Part shown: one piece after another, positions 8,963-20,015 of the stretch
Numbering within the stretch: the first letter of the stretch is position 1
Layout: the number at the start of each line of letters is the position of its first letter
Assembly (NCBI GenBank): GCA_023254095.1
Contig: JALNLM010000004.1
Coordinates: 9,359 to 73,358 of the forward strand
DNA length: 64,000 bases
Reading direction: 5' to 3'
Source of the DNA: Candidatus Geocrenenecus huangii
GTDB taxonomy: Archaea > Thermoproteota > Nitrososphaeria_A > Caldarchaeales > Wolframiiraptoraceae
The notes under the pieces: model-generated
Told to the model about the DNA's origin: nothing
Databases searched by the model: none
Seen by the model: the letters and a program-made list of their open reading frames with translations, nothing else
Program-made: the position numbers and the translations under genes

Positions 8963-9775
8963 CTACATCTCCATCTGTCTCTGTATTTTCTGCTTCATTG
9001 TTTCATATTCTTCACTTGTTAATTCTCCGACCTTGTATCTTAGCTCGACTTTTTCAAGTTCTTTGGTTAAACGTTTATGGACCTCAATCAAGCTCTGTAT
9101 ATTTTCCAGTATCTCTTCTAGGTCTGAGATTATCATTTCAATTTCCTCATTCTTCAAACCTAGAGATGGCCCTTTCTCTGAAACTTCTTCTTTCAATTCT
9201 CTAATCTTAGCCTCAAACTTGGGCACCTCGGCAATCTTAACATTAAATGCATTGTGTAGTATATTCATCTTAGGTTTAAGCCTTGATAATTCTCTATCGA
9301 TATTAAGCTTCTCCGTTATGTACTGTCTATCGGGAACTTCTCCCACCTCATGCCTAATCTTCAGATTCTCTAGCTTAACAGTCAATTCATTGATCTTCTC
9401 TTCGATTTCCTTCAGCATCTGGACTCTCTTCTCGTTCACCGCCTGGATCCTTGCTCTATACTCTTTGTATATGTCTAGGAAAACATCGAGTGACGCCTCA
9501 CCCTGTAAGAATAGTTCTAGAAGCTTATTTCTCCAGTTATAGAATGTTGAAAGCTGTTCTACTATTTTTCTTTCTTCTGCAACTTCTTGAATAGGTGGGA
9601 CTATTTCTTGGGGAGTAGGTGGAAGCGCTTCCTCAGAAGGTAAAGTTGGTGGTGTTGTCTTCTCGGTTATAGGGGTCTCCGACTTAACCTCTAGAGATTT
9701 ACCACAGAATTTGCAGAAAAGACCCTTCTCAGTTAACTTCCCACAATGAGGGCAAACAATTTTCTCTCTCCACAT
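8963..9775 (-). CDS. zinc-ribbon plus CdvA-like coiled-coil protein
   Basis: CPHC/CKFC ribbon, Pro-rich linker, repeated (R/L)xxxGE(I/V/L)xxxxY helical units. Confidence 0.6.
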   Translation of the reverse strand: MWREKIVCPHCGKLTEKGLFCKFCGKSLEVKSETPITEKTTPPTLPSEEALPPTPQEIVPPIQEVAEERKIVEQLSTFYNWRNKLLELFLQGEASLDVFLDIYKEYRARIQAVNEKRVQMLKEIEEKINELTVKLENLKIRHEVGEVPDRQYITEKLNIDRELSRLKPKMNILHNAFNVKIAEVPKFEAKIRELKEEVSEKGPSLGLKNEEIEMIISDLEEILENIQSLIEVHKRLTKELEKVELRYKVGELTSEEYETMKQKIQRQMEM

Positions 9776-9981
9776 TTACCTATTCACTATCATTTTTATT
9801 TGATTAACTTAGGTAATAAGATTTTCTCCTAAACTTGAACAGAGAGTTGATAGGTATGTTGTAGGCTATTTTCAACGTAATATTACCTCACCGAATGGAA
9901 GCCTCAGCGATCTCTCTGAACGACCTTTCTAAGAAAAGCTAAATAACATGTTAGTAGATAATCTTTCGGTGATTTTAGAGT

Positions 9982-10212
9982 TTGAGTTCGAGTGAGTTAA
10001 GTCTCGCGCCAATACATCGTCTAATAAAGAAGGCTGGAGCAGCTAGAGCTAGTGAAGATGCAGCTGAAGAACTTAGAAGGATCCTTGAGGAGATCGCTGT
10101 GGCCATCGCTAAAGAAGCGTTAAGCCTTGCACAGTATGCTGGGAGAAGAACTGTTAAGAGAGAGGATATTGAGAGGGCGGCTAAAACGCTTCTAAGAGGA
10201 TTCTATACTTAA
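9982..10212 (+). CDS. archaeal histone (HMf family)
   Basis: ELSLAPIHRLIKKAGAARAS and AGRRTVKREDI. Confidence 0.92.
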   Translation: MSSSELSLAPIHRLIKKAGAARASEDAAEELRRILEEIAVAIAKEALSLAQYAGRRTVKREDIERAAKTLLRGFYT

Positions 10213-10350
10213 CCATCACATTACAACCAATCAGTAGCTCCACTCAACTATTTTAACTATTGGTATACTTAAATCTAGTTTAGAAGAAATTCTTAAATTA
10301 AGGTGCAGAATGTATCATGGTAGAGATTTAGAATCTGGAAGGTGTGAGGT

Positions 10351-11991
10351 GTGGCATATATGGCTCAGCTTGGTGGTCAACCTGTAATAATCTTAAAAGA
10401 GGGGGCCACCAGAACTAAAGGTAGAACGGCTCAGAAGAACAACATAGCTGCTGCTAAGATCGTTGCCGAGATCGTTAAGACGACGCTTGGACCAAAAGGG
10501 ATGGATAAGATACTCGTAGATAGTATAGGAGACGTTATAGTGACAAATGATGGTGCAACGATACTCGAGAAGATGGATGTAGAGCATCCGGCTGCGAAGA
10601 TGATCGTTGAGGTTGCCAAGACGCAGGACAACACTGTTGGAGATGGAACAACTACAGCAGTAGTCTTGGCAGGAGAGCTCTTGAAAAATGCTGAAGAGTT
10701 GATCGAGCAGAAAATACATCCAAGCACAGTTATATCTGGATACAAGAAAGCTCTTGACATCGCATTGGAAGAACTGAAGAAGCTTGCTAGGCCAGTCAAG
10801 CTAGAAGATAGGGGAACATTAAAGAAGATAGTGATGACTGCTCTTGGGAGCAAATCTCTAGGATTCGCTACAGATCATATTGCCGACCTAGCAATTGATG
10901 CAGTGTTGAAGGTTGTCGAGGAAAGAGACAGTAAGCTTGTAGCAGACAAAGACAGTATCCAGATAATCAAGAAGATGGGTAAAAGCTTACTTGAAAGCCA
11001 ATTAATCCATGGAGTAATCGTAGACAAAGAAGTCGTTCACCCAGCTATGCCTAAACGTGTACAGAACGCCAAGATAGCATTAATCAACGCTCCATTCGAG
11101 ATAGAGAAGACAGAATTCAGTGCAGAGATAAGAATACGAGACCCATTAAAGATAAAAGAATTCCTAGATGAGGAAACGAGAATCTTGAAGGAGATGGTTG
11201 ACAAGGTGGCAGCGGTAGGCGCGAACGTAGTTTTCTGCCAGAAGGGAATAGATGATATAGCGCAGTTCTTCCTTGCCAAAGCCGGTATACTAGCGGTCAG
11301 AAGAGTGAAAGCATCCGATATGGAGAAGCTTGCTAAAGCTACGGGCGCTAGAATCGTAACGAACTTCGAAGACCTTACAGAGAAAGACCTTGGTAAAGCC
11401 GGGCTGGTTGAAGAAGTAAAGATTGGGGAAGATAGGATGGTCTTCGTGCAGGAATGCAAGAATCCAAAAGCTGTCTCAATACTCCTAAGGGCTGGCTTAG
11501 AACGCCAGCTAGACGAAGCTGAAAGATCACTAAACGACGCTATAATGAATATGATAACTTTGATAGATAATTTAAACTATGTTCCAGGAGGGGGAGCTAT
11601 AGAAGAATCATTAGCTTTAAAGATAAGGAAGGAAGCGGCCAAATATCCTGGTAGAGAACAGCTTGCGATGATGGCTTTCAGTGAAGCATTGGAGACTATC
11701 CCGAGAACTCTTGCCGAGAACGCTGGACTAGAGCCTGTCGAGATAATTACTGAGCTGAGAGCTAAGCATGACAAAGATGGGTATGGATACGGAATAGATA
11801 TATTCTCTGGAAAAGTAGCTGACATGTTCACTCTTGGAGTCATAGAGCCTGTTAAAGTGAAGGAACAAGCATTGAAGAGCAGCTTTGAAGCTACTGCAAT
11901 GATACTTAGAATAGACGACGTAATAGCTGCATCGAGGAAAAAGCCTGAAGAAAAAGGCAAGGAGAAACAAGGACCACCAGAATTTGAATAG
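10351..11991 (+). CDS. ths: thermosome (group II chaperonin) subunit
   Basis: TLGPKGMDK, TNDGATIL and GDGTTT motifs. Confidence 0.97.
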   Translation: MAYMAQLGGQPVIILKEGATRTKGRTAQKNNIAAAKIVAEIVKTTLGPKGMDKILVDSIGDVIVTNDGATILEKMDVEHPAAKMIVEVAKTQDNTVGDGTTTAVVLAGELLKNAEELIEQKIHPSTVISGYKKALDIALEELKKLARPVKLEDRGTLKKIVMTALGSKSLGFATDHIADLAIDAVLKVVEERDSKLVADKDSIQIIKKMGKSLLESQLIHGVIVDKEVVHPAMPKRVQNAKIALINAPFEIEKTEFSAEIRIRDPLKIKEFLDEETRILKEMVDKVAAVGANVVFCQKGIDDIAQFFLAKAGILAVRRVKASDMEKLAKATGARIVTNFEDLTEKDLGKAGLVEEVKIGEDRMVFVQECKNPKAVSILLRAGLERQLDEAERSLNDAIMNMITLIDNLNYVPGGGAIEESLALKIRKEAAKYPGREQLAMMAFSEALETIPRTLAENAGLEPVEIITELRAKHDKDGYGYGIDIFSGKVADMFTLGVIEPVKVKEQALKSSFEATAMILRIDDVIAASRKKPEEKGKEKQGPPEFE

Positions 11992-12071
11992 AATCTAGAT
12001 AACTTAAACACTATCTTATTTTTTAAACCTAGATTCTCTAGCCAATACATCTACTTAGTCTCTGCCGGGAG

Positions 12072-12554
12072 CTATCTACCATCTATAGATTTTTTCTTAT
12101 CCTGACAATACCTTATTATTCTCTCTCTATGCAACTTAATTAGTTGTACTAGCGAAGGTGAAACGTCTAGTTCATCTATATTCTCGAAGTCCACCCACTT
12201 GTATTCGGCTACTTCGCTTGACGGAGTAACAGCTATAGAAGTGGGTCTGGCTAGAAAATCTATGATCACATAATGATATCTAACATTTCCATCGCTATCT
12301 CTAGTTATACTATCGTAAATCCCTAGAAGCTCAAGGTCATAAACTTCTATACCTACTTCTTCTCTAACTTCTCTCTTAGCGGCTTCCTCAACTTTCTCGC
12401 CTAGCTCTACTACTCCTCCAGGAATACTCCATCTACCTGCCGATGGTTGAAAAGCACGTTTAATCAATAGAATTCTTGATCGGTCAAGTATGAGTACACC
12501 CACTGCTGGAAGAGGCCATGGAGGATACTCTCTTGAGAAGCTTCTCTCCACCAT
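12072..12554 (-). CDS. NUDIX hydrolase
   Basis: GGVVELGEKVEEAAKREVREEVG Nudix box. Confidence 0.92.
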   Translation of the reverse strand: MVERSFSREYPPWPLPAVGVLILDRSRILLIKRAFQPSAGRWSIPGGVVELGEKVEEAAKREVREEVGIEVYDLELLGIYDSITRDSDGNVRYHYVIIDFLARPTSIAVTPSSEVAEYKWVDFENIDELDVSPSLVQLIKLHRERIIRYCQDKKKSIDGR

Positions 12555-12823
12555 TCTGAACCCAGAAATATTTGTAGACGCAGAAATTATGAATTTTACC
12601 TTTTAGTTTCTTTCGGGTTTTATATCATCATTTCCCAGCTCAATGTTTATTCTCCATAGATCATGGATTGTGATTTCGAGAAGGTCTACATCTATAAATG
12701 ATGTTAGCGCTTCTCACAAATTTGGGAGAAGGTTCTCAATGAATGTATAAATCTTGCTGGAGATCACCAGTCTACTCCATGATAGCTTAGTTAAATTTTG
12801 AATACTGGATCAACGTATTTTCT

Positions 12824-13603
12824 ATGACTGTAGAAATGGTGGAGATTAGTGAGAATCTTAGAAGGGCTTTACATCATCTAGGTCTAACAGACTACGAAAT
12901 TAAAGTTTACATAGCATTACTTGAATCCGGTGATTCTACGGCCAGCAAACTCAGCGAGGTTGCAGATGTGCCCTACTCCAAGATATATGAAGTTTTAGAA
13001 AACTTGGAGAAAAAAGGATGGATTGGGACAGAAGGAGGTAGACCTGCTCGCTACTACCCTAAATCTCCTTTAACAGCTCTCGAAGCTAGCAGGATAAGGA
13101 TCGAGAGAGAACTTAGAGAGTATGAAGAGATTGTTTTATCTGAGCTTCTCCCAATATATGAGGGAAGAGGTTTTAGAGAAAGACATGATATTTGGATACT
13201 TAGAGGAGAAGAAAATATTCTAGCGAGAATAAAGAATCTATTATCGAACTGCGAGAAGGAATTGCTCGTCGCTGCGCCATTTCTCACGAAGAACCTTCTA
13301 GTGACTTTTCTACCGCACATCACATACATAACTAGCAATGGAGGCCACGTAAAGATCCTCGTGTCCGGTGAAGTCAATTATTCAATGGTAAAGAAATTGA
13401 ATGAAGTGGCAGAAGTAAGATTTAAGGAGCAGATGTTCGGCGGTGGAATAATCGCTGACTCGAGAGAAGTCATCTTACTACTAGGAGAAGAAGAGAGAGG
13501 TATAAGTTTTGCAATATGGTCAGAACATGTAGGATTAGCGAAATTCGCAAAGAATTACTTTGAGTATCTTTGGAGGGAGGCCGAGTCTCCAGACAAAGAA
13601 TAG
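12824..13603 (+). CDS. TrmB-family transcriptional regulator
   Basis: LGLTDYEIKVYIALL..VPYSKIYEVL wHTH plus PLD-like C-terminal domain. Confidence 0.9.
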   Translation: MTVEMVEISENLRRALHHLGLTDYEIKVYIALLESGDSTASKLSEVADVPYSKIYEVLENLEKKGWIGTEGGRPARYYPKSPLTALEASRIRIERELREYEEIVLSELLPIYEGRGFRERHDIWILRGEENILARIKNLLSNCEKELLVAAPFLTKNLLVTFLPHITYITSNGGHVKILVSGEVNYSMVKKLNEVAEVRFKEQMFGGGIIADSREVILLLGEEERGISFAIWSEHVGLAKFAKNYFEYLWREAESPDKE

Positions 13604-13804
13604 TATATCAATAAACGTTAATCTACACTTTTATGCGTCTCCTCAGTTATATTGCCCTCTACCAGCGTTCATGCCGAATTTCATTGACTGGCCCAACCCC
13701 TCATGATTTTTGTTAAATTTCAGTTTCTCTAATCCATCTTTATTATTCTCTTTAACTAGGTGTTGTAATTAATATTTATCAGATAGTAGCCTAGGTTCTT
13801 TAGA

Positions 13805-16579
13805 GTGATGTATACTAGGAGTAGGAAGAGAACTCGGACGACGATAATAGCTTTAGCAATATTCATAGTTGTATTATTTTTTGTTTCCCTAAGCCAGATC
13901 CTTCAGATATTTTTAAATTTCTGGGAGTTTGGAGACCTGTTTATTAAGCCTTACTATTATTCCCTCATAGGCGGGTTCATTCTTTCTTTTATTGCACTCT
14001 TCCGTCTAGATTTTAAAAATAGGAATTCCATTACTTTCTGGGCCATCAGGCTGTTCTACTCAGTTTTCTGGGAAAGATATATTCGACCAAGAGACTTGGA
14101 CTTCTCATCTTACCGACTTAGTTTTAGCAGATTTTTAGCATGGCAGATTACCAAGACGTTAATAGGCGCATTATTCTTTGCTAATGCCTTCTTCGGCATG
14201 GCTGTCTTGGGATTCTTGAACAGGGCGGACTTAGGATTAGCTAGATTGATAGATTTACTCAAACTGCCTTTTATAACCATTTCTACGGTTGACGTCTCTC
14301 CAGCCTATACAGTAATATCTGCTTCTCCAGCGTTGGTACTACTCTTACCACCACTTTTAACTACGATATCGGCTAGATTAACGATACTCGTTGGGTTAAC
14401 TATACTGTTGAAGGCTTCATCAAAAAGTCTTATAGAATATCTTAATACAGGAATATTTAGACTCCCAGTGGAGACAATCGAGTTAATTATAGCTATTGCA
14501 ACAGCATGGATAGGCTTTACATTATTCTTCCCGAACTATATAGACTATAATACAAAGGTCTTAATCTTAGGGTCATTCGGATTAACAATCCTTATGTTGC
14601 TGTTCATCTATTTAGATAAAACTAAGACTGGATTTCTCTATGCATACGTTATAAAAGGCGGAGCGGTACTGTTAGCCATACTAGCGGTATTTTCTATTGT
14701 AACTATACAGAACAGTATCGCAGATGCAAGGAAGGTTGAATGGCTTGGGCCATACGTTAAACAAGAAATCGCCGTTAACAGATATCTTGCAGATATCGAG
14801 AACATACGTAGACAGGAGTACGTATTCCCAAAGTATTCATCTTCTCAATCTATACAAGAGTATTCCAAGAATGTGAGAGAACAATTAGAAGTCATTAGGC
14901 TCTGGGACTGGGAAGCAGCATTTACAAAGATGAAGCCTGAGATAGGGTTAATACCATACGTGGACTTCGAAGACTCCGATATCCTCCGATTTAATGGAAG
15001 ACTTTACTGGAGTGCATCTATGAAGCCCATCCTACCTGTATCTGTGAAAGCGACAGATATATGGTACAACCAGCATCTGGTCTACACGCATGTTCCAAAC
15101 GGTTTTCTCCTACTCGACGCAAGCAATGGAACGATAGTCGATTCATCAAGATTCTTCACTCAGAGAAGAATATACTATGGGGAGGGGGGCCTGCTGGAAT
15201 CGACCTGGGCTTCAATAATACTAGATAGAGAAGTATCCGATGAAGTTACGGGAACAAAGTATAGTGGAAAAGGCGGGATCGTCGTCTCCCCACCTATCAG
15301 CTGGATCTATGATCCAACCTTCTTCTTCTCTTATCCAGATAAAACAATTAGACTATTAAGATATAGAGATGTTTATGATAGGATGTCACTACTATTCCCC
15401 TACTTCGAGTATAGATGGAATGAAGAATTCGTTGATATGTTCCCTGTAACAGATGGAAAGGAAACATATTGGTTGATGCCTCTGATAGTTAGGTTAAGTG
15501 GAGAGCATGTCCCCTGGAGTAGAGGTAACGACTATGTGAGGTTCATTGGATACGCTCTCATAAACGTATATGATGGTACAATACAGTTGATCATAACTGG
15601 CTCAGATTTCGTCAGCGAGATCATTAAAGATGCATACAGAGAAATAGTCTTAGAAGATGTGCCTAAATGGTTATACAACCAGACTAGATTCCCACAAGAA
15701 GTATTCGAATACCAAGTTAGAATATTCAACAATTACCATATGGAGGATGTCTCCGTGTTTATACAGGCGAGAGAATTCTATGAGATACCTAGAGGCCTAT
15801 ACACATATTACATTATCACCAGGCTTCCAGGTTTCGAGAAGCCTGAATTCGTAGGAATACTCTCCTTACAGATAAGAGGGTCGCCTGGAAGAAATCTCGC
15901 CGGATTCACAATAGTTAGGAATGATTACCCACATCTAGGTGACAAGGTCTTCTACTATGTTCCACAAGAATCCGAGCAGAAGCTTCTCGGTCCATCAGCA
16001 GCAAGAGAGGCTCTTGAGAGATACCCAGAATTCAGAAAGCTCCAAACCCTGTTAGAGAATCCTAGGATAGGGGAAACAATACTATACAATATTGGCGATT
16101 ATATCGTGTATGTGATCCCAGTCTACACTACTCCGACTGGTGAGGCGGGAGTAGTAACACAGCTCGGAACAGTAGCTATCGTTGGTGCAGAGTTTACTGG
16201 AAGCTATTTCGTGGCTATAGGCGACAGTGTCCAAGAAGCTTTTGAGTCATTTCTGAAAACATTGAGAGGGGTACCCACTACACCGAAAACTGTGATAGAT
16301 GTAAGAGATTTAACGTTACAGGTAATAAGAGAAGAAGGGTTAACGCCTATCTTCCCAGAGAAGATAAATGCTCATCTAGTGTTTAATGAGGGAAACATAT
16401 CCTACATATCCGTAGAACAATTTACATCTGAATTGAAAGATTTCCTGAAGAAGTGGGTTATACAAGCTGGAATAGATAAAGTACTTATTTGGATTGAGGA
16501 TAATGTTTTAAAGGCTGGAGTAGTAATTGTAGATGAAGGAATAGTGGAGTTACACTATGTAGTGTTACGCGGGGGTTAG
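13805..16579 (+). CDS. UPF0182 family membrane protein
   Basis: Multi-TM N-terminus; IRLWD, HLVYTH, RIYYGE and FIGYALINVYDG motifs. Confidence 0.85.
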   Translation: MMYTRSRKRTRTTIIALAIFIVVLFFVSLSQILQIFLNFWEFGDLFIKPYYYSLIGGFILSFIALFRLDFKNRNSITFWAIRLFYSVFWERYIRPRDLDFSSYRLSFSRFLAWQITKTLIGALFFANAFFGMAVLGFLNRADLGLARLIDLLKLPFITISTVDVSPAYTVISASPALVLLLPPLLTTISARLTILVGLTILLKASSKSLIEYLNTGIFRLPVETIELIIAIATAWIGFTLFFPNYIDYNTKVLILGSFGLTILMLLFIYLDKTKTGFLYAYVIKGGAVLLAILAVFSIVTIQNSIADARKVEWLGPYVKQEIAVNRYLADIENIRRQEYVFPKYSSSQSIQEYSKNVREQLEVIRLWDWEAAFTKMKPEIGLIPYVDFEDSDILRFNGRLYWSASMKPILPVSVKATDIWYNQHLVYTHVPNGFLLLDASNGTIVDSSRFFTQRRIYYGEGGLLESTWASIILDREVSDEVTGTKYSGKGGIVVSPPISWIYDPTFFFSYPDKTIRLLRYRDVYDRMSLLFPYFEYRWNEEFVDMFPVTDGKETYWLMPLIVRLSGEHVPWSRGNDYVRFIGYALINVYDGTIQLIITGSDFVSEIIKDAYREIVLEDVPKWLYNQTRFPQEVFEYQVRIFNNYHMEDVSVFIQAREFYEIPRGLYTYYIITRLPGFEKPEFVGILSLQIRGSPGRNLAGFTIVRNDYPHLGDKVFYYVPQESEQKLLGPSAAREALERYPEFRKLQTLLENPRIGETILYNIGDYIVYVIPVYTTPTGEAGVVTQLGTVAIVGAEFTGSYFVAIGDSVQEAFESFLKTLRGVPTTPKTVIDVRDLTLQVIREEGLTPIFPEKINAHLVFNEGNISYISVEQFTSELKDFLKKWVIQAGIDKVLIWIEDNVLKAGVVIVDEGIVELHYVVLRGG

Positions 16580-16587
16580 CCTCTTAA

Positions 16588-17040
16588 ATGGCTCATGATA
16601 AGTCAGACTATAAGACATGGCCTTTGTTATCTAAGGTATTCACGGTTCTGCTAGTTATACTGCTCGCTTTGATATTCGTCTCCTTGACGGCTAGATTTCA
16701 GAGAAGCTTACTGGGGCTGGCAATGGTGATTGCTCTGGGATTACTATCCTTCTACTGGGTTAGAGAATTGAGAAAAGCCATATCCAGTAGAACAGCTGTA
16801 GAGAAATATCCTGTAGAAATAATTGAAAAAGATGGATTGATACTACTTACGGCACAAGTTCCAGGACCAGAAGAAGAGGTAAAAGTAGAACTTAAGGGGA
16901 CTAAACTACTGGTGATGGGAGGGAGAGGATTTAGACGCATTATAAAACTCCCGTATAGAGCCACTATACTTACCAGAAGCTACCTAAACGGAGTCCTACA
17001 CCTACAACTCCGTAAAACGATCGAAAGCGAAGTACAATAA
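16588..17040 (+). CDS. membrane-anchored Hsp20/alpha-crystallin-like protein
   Basis: 2 TM helices, then AQVPG...SYLNGVLHL. Confidence 0.75.
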   Translation: MAHDKSDYKTWPLLSKVFTVLLVILLALIFVSLTARFQRSLLGLAMVIALGLLSFYWVRELRKAISSRTAVEKYPVEIIEKDGLILLTAQVPGPEEEVKVELKGTKLLVMGGRGFRRIIKLPYRATILTRSYLNGVLHLQLRKTIESEVQ

Positions 17041-17129
17041 AAAGATCAAAAGACAGACTTCGACGATAAACTCCTTCTTATGTAAGCAGATATTTTTCTT
17101 AGCTGATCGATTAACCAAGTAGAGCGCCA

Positions 17130-17546
17130 TTACAGATTTCTAAGCTGTGGAATGGATATGGCCGCTCCAATGATAACCAGTACGGCTCCTATAATAAGTC
17201 TCATGATTGCTGAGAATCCGTATGGTGTAAAGAGCCAGAAGATGGATACTACGGCAACCGACCCTAATAGACCTGCGCCAATAATCATCAAGACTAAACC
17301 GACGAGTAGTGGAAGATACTTGTCTAACTCAAATGATGAAGCAAGAGGTTTCTCCTCCCCCGTCCTAGGCACGAAGAATACTGCAACTACATATAGGATG
17401 AGCATGAGAACGGGTGAGACGAGAAATAACAAGACAGCCACTATTCTGAGGAGATTGACATCTATATTGAGATAATCACTTAAACCTCCAATAACTCCTG
17501 CGATTATTCTGTCTTTCACAGATCTTTCTAACTTCTTCGACGACAT
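17130..17546 (-). CDS. PspC domain membrane protein
   Basis: KKLERSVKDRIIAGVIGGLSDYLNID..LLR motif. Confidence 0.88.
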   Translation of the reverse strand: MSSKKLERSVKDRIIAGVIGGLSDYLNIDVNLLRIVAVLLFLVSPVLMLILYVVAVFFVPRTGEEKPLASSFELDKYLPLLVGLVLMIIGAGLLGSVAVVSIFWLFTPYGFSAIMRLIIGAVLVIIGAAISIPQLRNL

Positions 17547-17616
17547 CTTTCTTTACATACTATATGCATGATTACTTATAACTGTTAAACTACTTCATCG
17601 AATATGTAATACTTTG

Positions 17617-18546
17617 CTATTCAACGGTGATTAGAGCTGAAGCTATTAAGGGCACTATTATCGTCGCATCTCCATAAATTGTAACTTTCATTGCTTCAGG
17701 CTTCACTTTACCCCAGGAGACTGCTTCTCTGACGGCTGCACCACTTAAACTTCCATCATACTCGTACCCCGTAGTAATGTAGACAGCGTAGTCTAATCCA
17801 TCTTTAAACTGATTCCACCACAAGACGTGATGTTTAGAGATTCCACCACCGATCATCAATGCCCCGCTACGTTTAGCATTGAAGATTATTTCAGACAACT
17901 TGTCGAAATCTTTCAAAAGGTTTAACTTGAAGTCCCTATGTTTCTGCTGGAATAGCCAGATCTGCGTTCCAACAGCTCCATCGAGTATCCCTGGAACAAA
18001 GACCGGTATGCCGTTTTCCGAAGCATTCTTCAAGAAGCTATTTTCATCTTTTATCTTTCTCCCAATTAGATATGATATATCGCTGCTACTCACCTCTCTC
18101 AATCCCTTGTTATACTCCTCTTCTAATAGTTCTTGAGTAAATTTCTCTATTGTCTGCCCATAGTTTTCGAATGGGATCAGTACGCATCCAAGCCGATGAT
18201 ATCCATTCTTCTTTAAAGTTTCATCGTCCATCCAGAAGTCCCCCTCATAGTATTCTCCTAGAGATCTGGCGATATCATGGTCTAATGCACCGCACGTCGT
18301 TACAACTACCTCGAACAACCCCCTCTTCAACAATTCGGATATAACCCCTCTTAGACCTGTACCTATCGGCGCACCTACAAATGATAAGAATTTTACGCAT
18401 TCAGGATCTCTGACCATCTCTCTAAGTACTTCTACCGCTCTACCTAAGTATGATGCTGTAAATCCTCCAGCATTTCTCATCTGTTCAATTAGCTCTGAAG
18501 CAGTCATTCCTAGTCTAATCTTAATATCTTTAATCGGCCTAAGCAT
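17617..18546 (-). CDS. dys: deoxyhypusine synthase
   Basis: GGGISKHH, DGSLSGA and EAVSWGK motifs. Confidence 0.95.
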   Translation of the reverse strand: MLRPIKDIKIRLGMTASELIEQMRNAGGFTASYLGRAVEVLREMVRDPECVKFLSFVGAPIGTGLRGVISELLKRGLFEVVVTTCGALDHDIARSLGEYYEGDFWMDDETLKKNGYHRLGCVLIPFENYGQTIEKFTQELLEEEYNKGLREVSSSDISYLIGRKIKDENSFLKNASENGIPVFVPGILDGAVGTQIWLFQQKHRDFKLNLLKDFDKLSEIIFNAKRSGALMIGGGISKHHVLWWNQFKDGLDYAVYITTGYEYDGSLSGAAVREAVSWGKVKPEAMKVTIYGDATIIVPLIASALITVE

Positions 18547-18581
18547 AAGTTTAGGTAATGTAAGGAAGAATATATATTAAA

Positions 18582-19376
18582 CTATAAGAGCTTTTTCAGT
18601 CTTTCTATAACCTCTTCAGAAGACTTGAGGAGAGATAAAGAGAATGGGAGCCCCTCAAGTTCTGCGAGTTCCATAGCGAAAGCATCCACCTCTTCAGGTA
18701 GCCTTGGACCATGTATTACTATCATCTTAGGTTTTATTGGATATAAGCGGACTGCAACCATCGGAGATCTTCCTCTACTGACTTTAGTAAATATCATGGC
18801 TCTGTTAGGATTTTTACCGAATAGATAGAGGAAGTCTAAGGCTTCTAGGTTTCTTATCGCTGATAGACTATCGATCACCGTGTATCCATATATTAGCTCG
18901 TTATCCCATTCTTTTCCCACTAGTAAGATGCCGTCTAACGCTTCCACAACCTCCTTGATAGTTTTAGGTTTCTTGAATTCATTCATATCTAGTACAGCTA
19001 CGCTAAGGTCACGGTGGAGCATCGAGAATCTCCTAACATGTATTCCGCCTCTCTTCATGTCTGCATCTATGAGGGCTGAAACAAATTTTCTTATGAATCC
19101 TGCTCCAGGAGATTTCCTTCTATTATTCTCATAATCGCTTAATACAGATGAAGATACACCCATGTATCGAGCTAGCTCACTTTGATTTATCTCGAATAGC
19201 TGTCTCCATTTCTTCATCACGGTTCCTGGGCCATCAGACAGTATTATCTCTCCAGCTATTCTACTCATCAATATCTCTTTCGTCGTTATACTTACTTCTT
19301 TCTCAATCATGTTCTGCACCATACTACATTTCCCTATATTACAGCATAACATGTTTTCTAAATAGTTTCTGTTCAA
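18582..19376 (-). CDS. XRE-HTH transcriptional regulator (COG1709-like)
   Basis: IAGEIILS, SDYENNRRKSPG and GRSPMVA; true start probably downstream of 19376. Confidence 0.85.
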   Translation of the reverse strand: MNRNYLENMLCCNIGKCSMVQNMIEKEVSITTKEILMSRIAGEIILSDGPGTVMKKWRQLFEINQSELARYMGVSSSVLSDYENNRRKSPGAGFIRKFVSALIDADMKRGGIHVRRFSMLHRDLSVAVLDMNEFKKPKTIKEVVEALDGILLVGKEWDNELIYGYTVIDSLSAIRNLEALDFLYLFGKNPNRAMIFTKVSRGRSPMVAVRLYPIKPKMIVIHGPRLPEEVDAFAMELAELEGLPFSLSLLKSSEEVIERLKKLL

Positions 19377-19632
19377 ACGTTGATGCGATAGGGGTTACTG
19401 TTATATTTTTTATGAGGATAATGTATAAATTCGGATTGTCGGAGTCGCATGATAAACATAGCTACAGAATCTCTGAAATTTCTGTTCAGTGAATAATCTT
19501 TCTTTAACATATTTACATGATTTTCTTATAGTTTAATAAGTAGATGCAAAAATTCTAGGAAAAATAAATAATGCGGTCTAGTTATTTATTTTGAGGTGTC
19601 CTTGGATAGACAGAGGTCTTTAGGAGTGTTTA

Positions 19633-19941
19633 ATGATGGGGAAAAGATTCTGGGTTAAAGTCCATCATTCTCGAACTGGTGAGGTGGTTGTAGCTGCATG
19701 TGATGAAGAACTTCTAGGCAAAAACTTGAAGATTGTTGAGGGACTCTCAGTTGAAGTAAGTAGAACATTCTATGGCGGGGTATTGGTTGGAGAAGACGAA
19801 CTTCAAAGTTATCTTAAACAGGGAACAATAATTAACCTTCTAGGAGAATATGTTATAGAATATGCTTTAAGCCATGGTTTGATAATCGAGAAAGCAGTAA
19901 CGAAAGTAGGCGGAGTACCTCATGTCCAGATATATTGCTAG
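19633..19941 (+). CDS. DUF424 family protein
   Basis: VVAACDEELLG, FYGG and GVPHVQ motifs. Confidence 0.88.
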   Translation: MMGKRFWVKVHHSRTGEVVVAACDEELLGKNLKIVEGLSVEVSRTFYGGVLVGEDELQSYLKQGTIINLLGEYVIEYALSHGLIIEKAVTKVGGVPHVQIYC

Positions 19942-20015
19942 AGGATAAGTTCAAGTGGGGTTTCTACATTATTAAGAGTTAAGAACAGGCTATTACTCGG
20001 AATACGAGAGATAAA

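Noticed and set aside
12600-12780. Minus-strand reading frame interrupted by one TGA between the NUDIX and TrmB genes
   Set aside because: No start codon or recognisable family; it cannot be supported as a gene.
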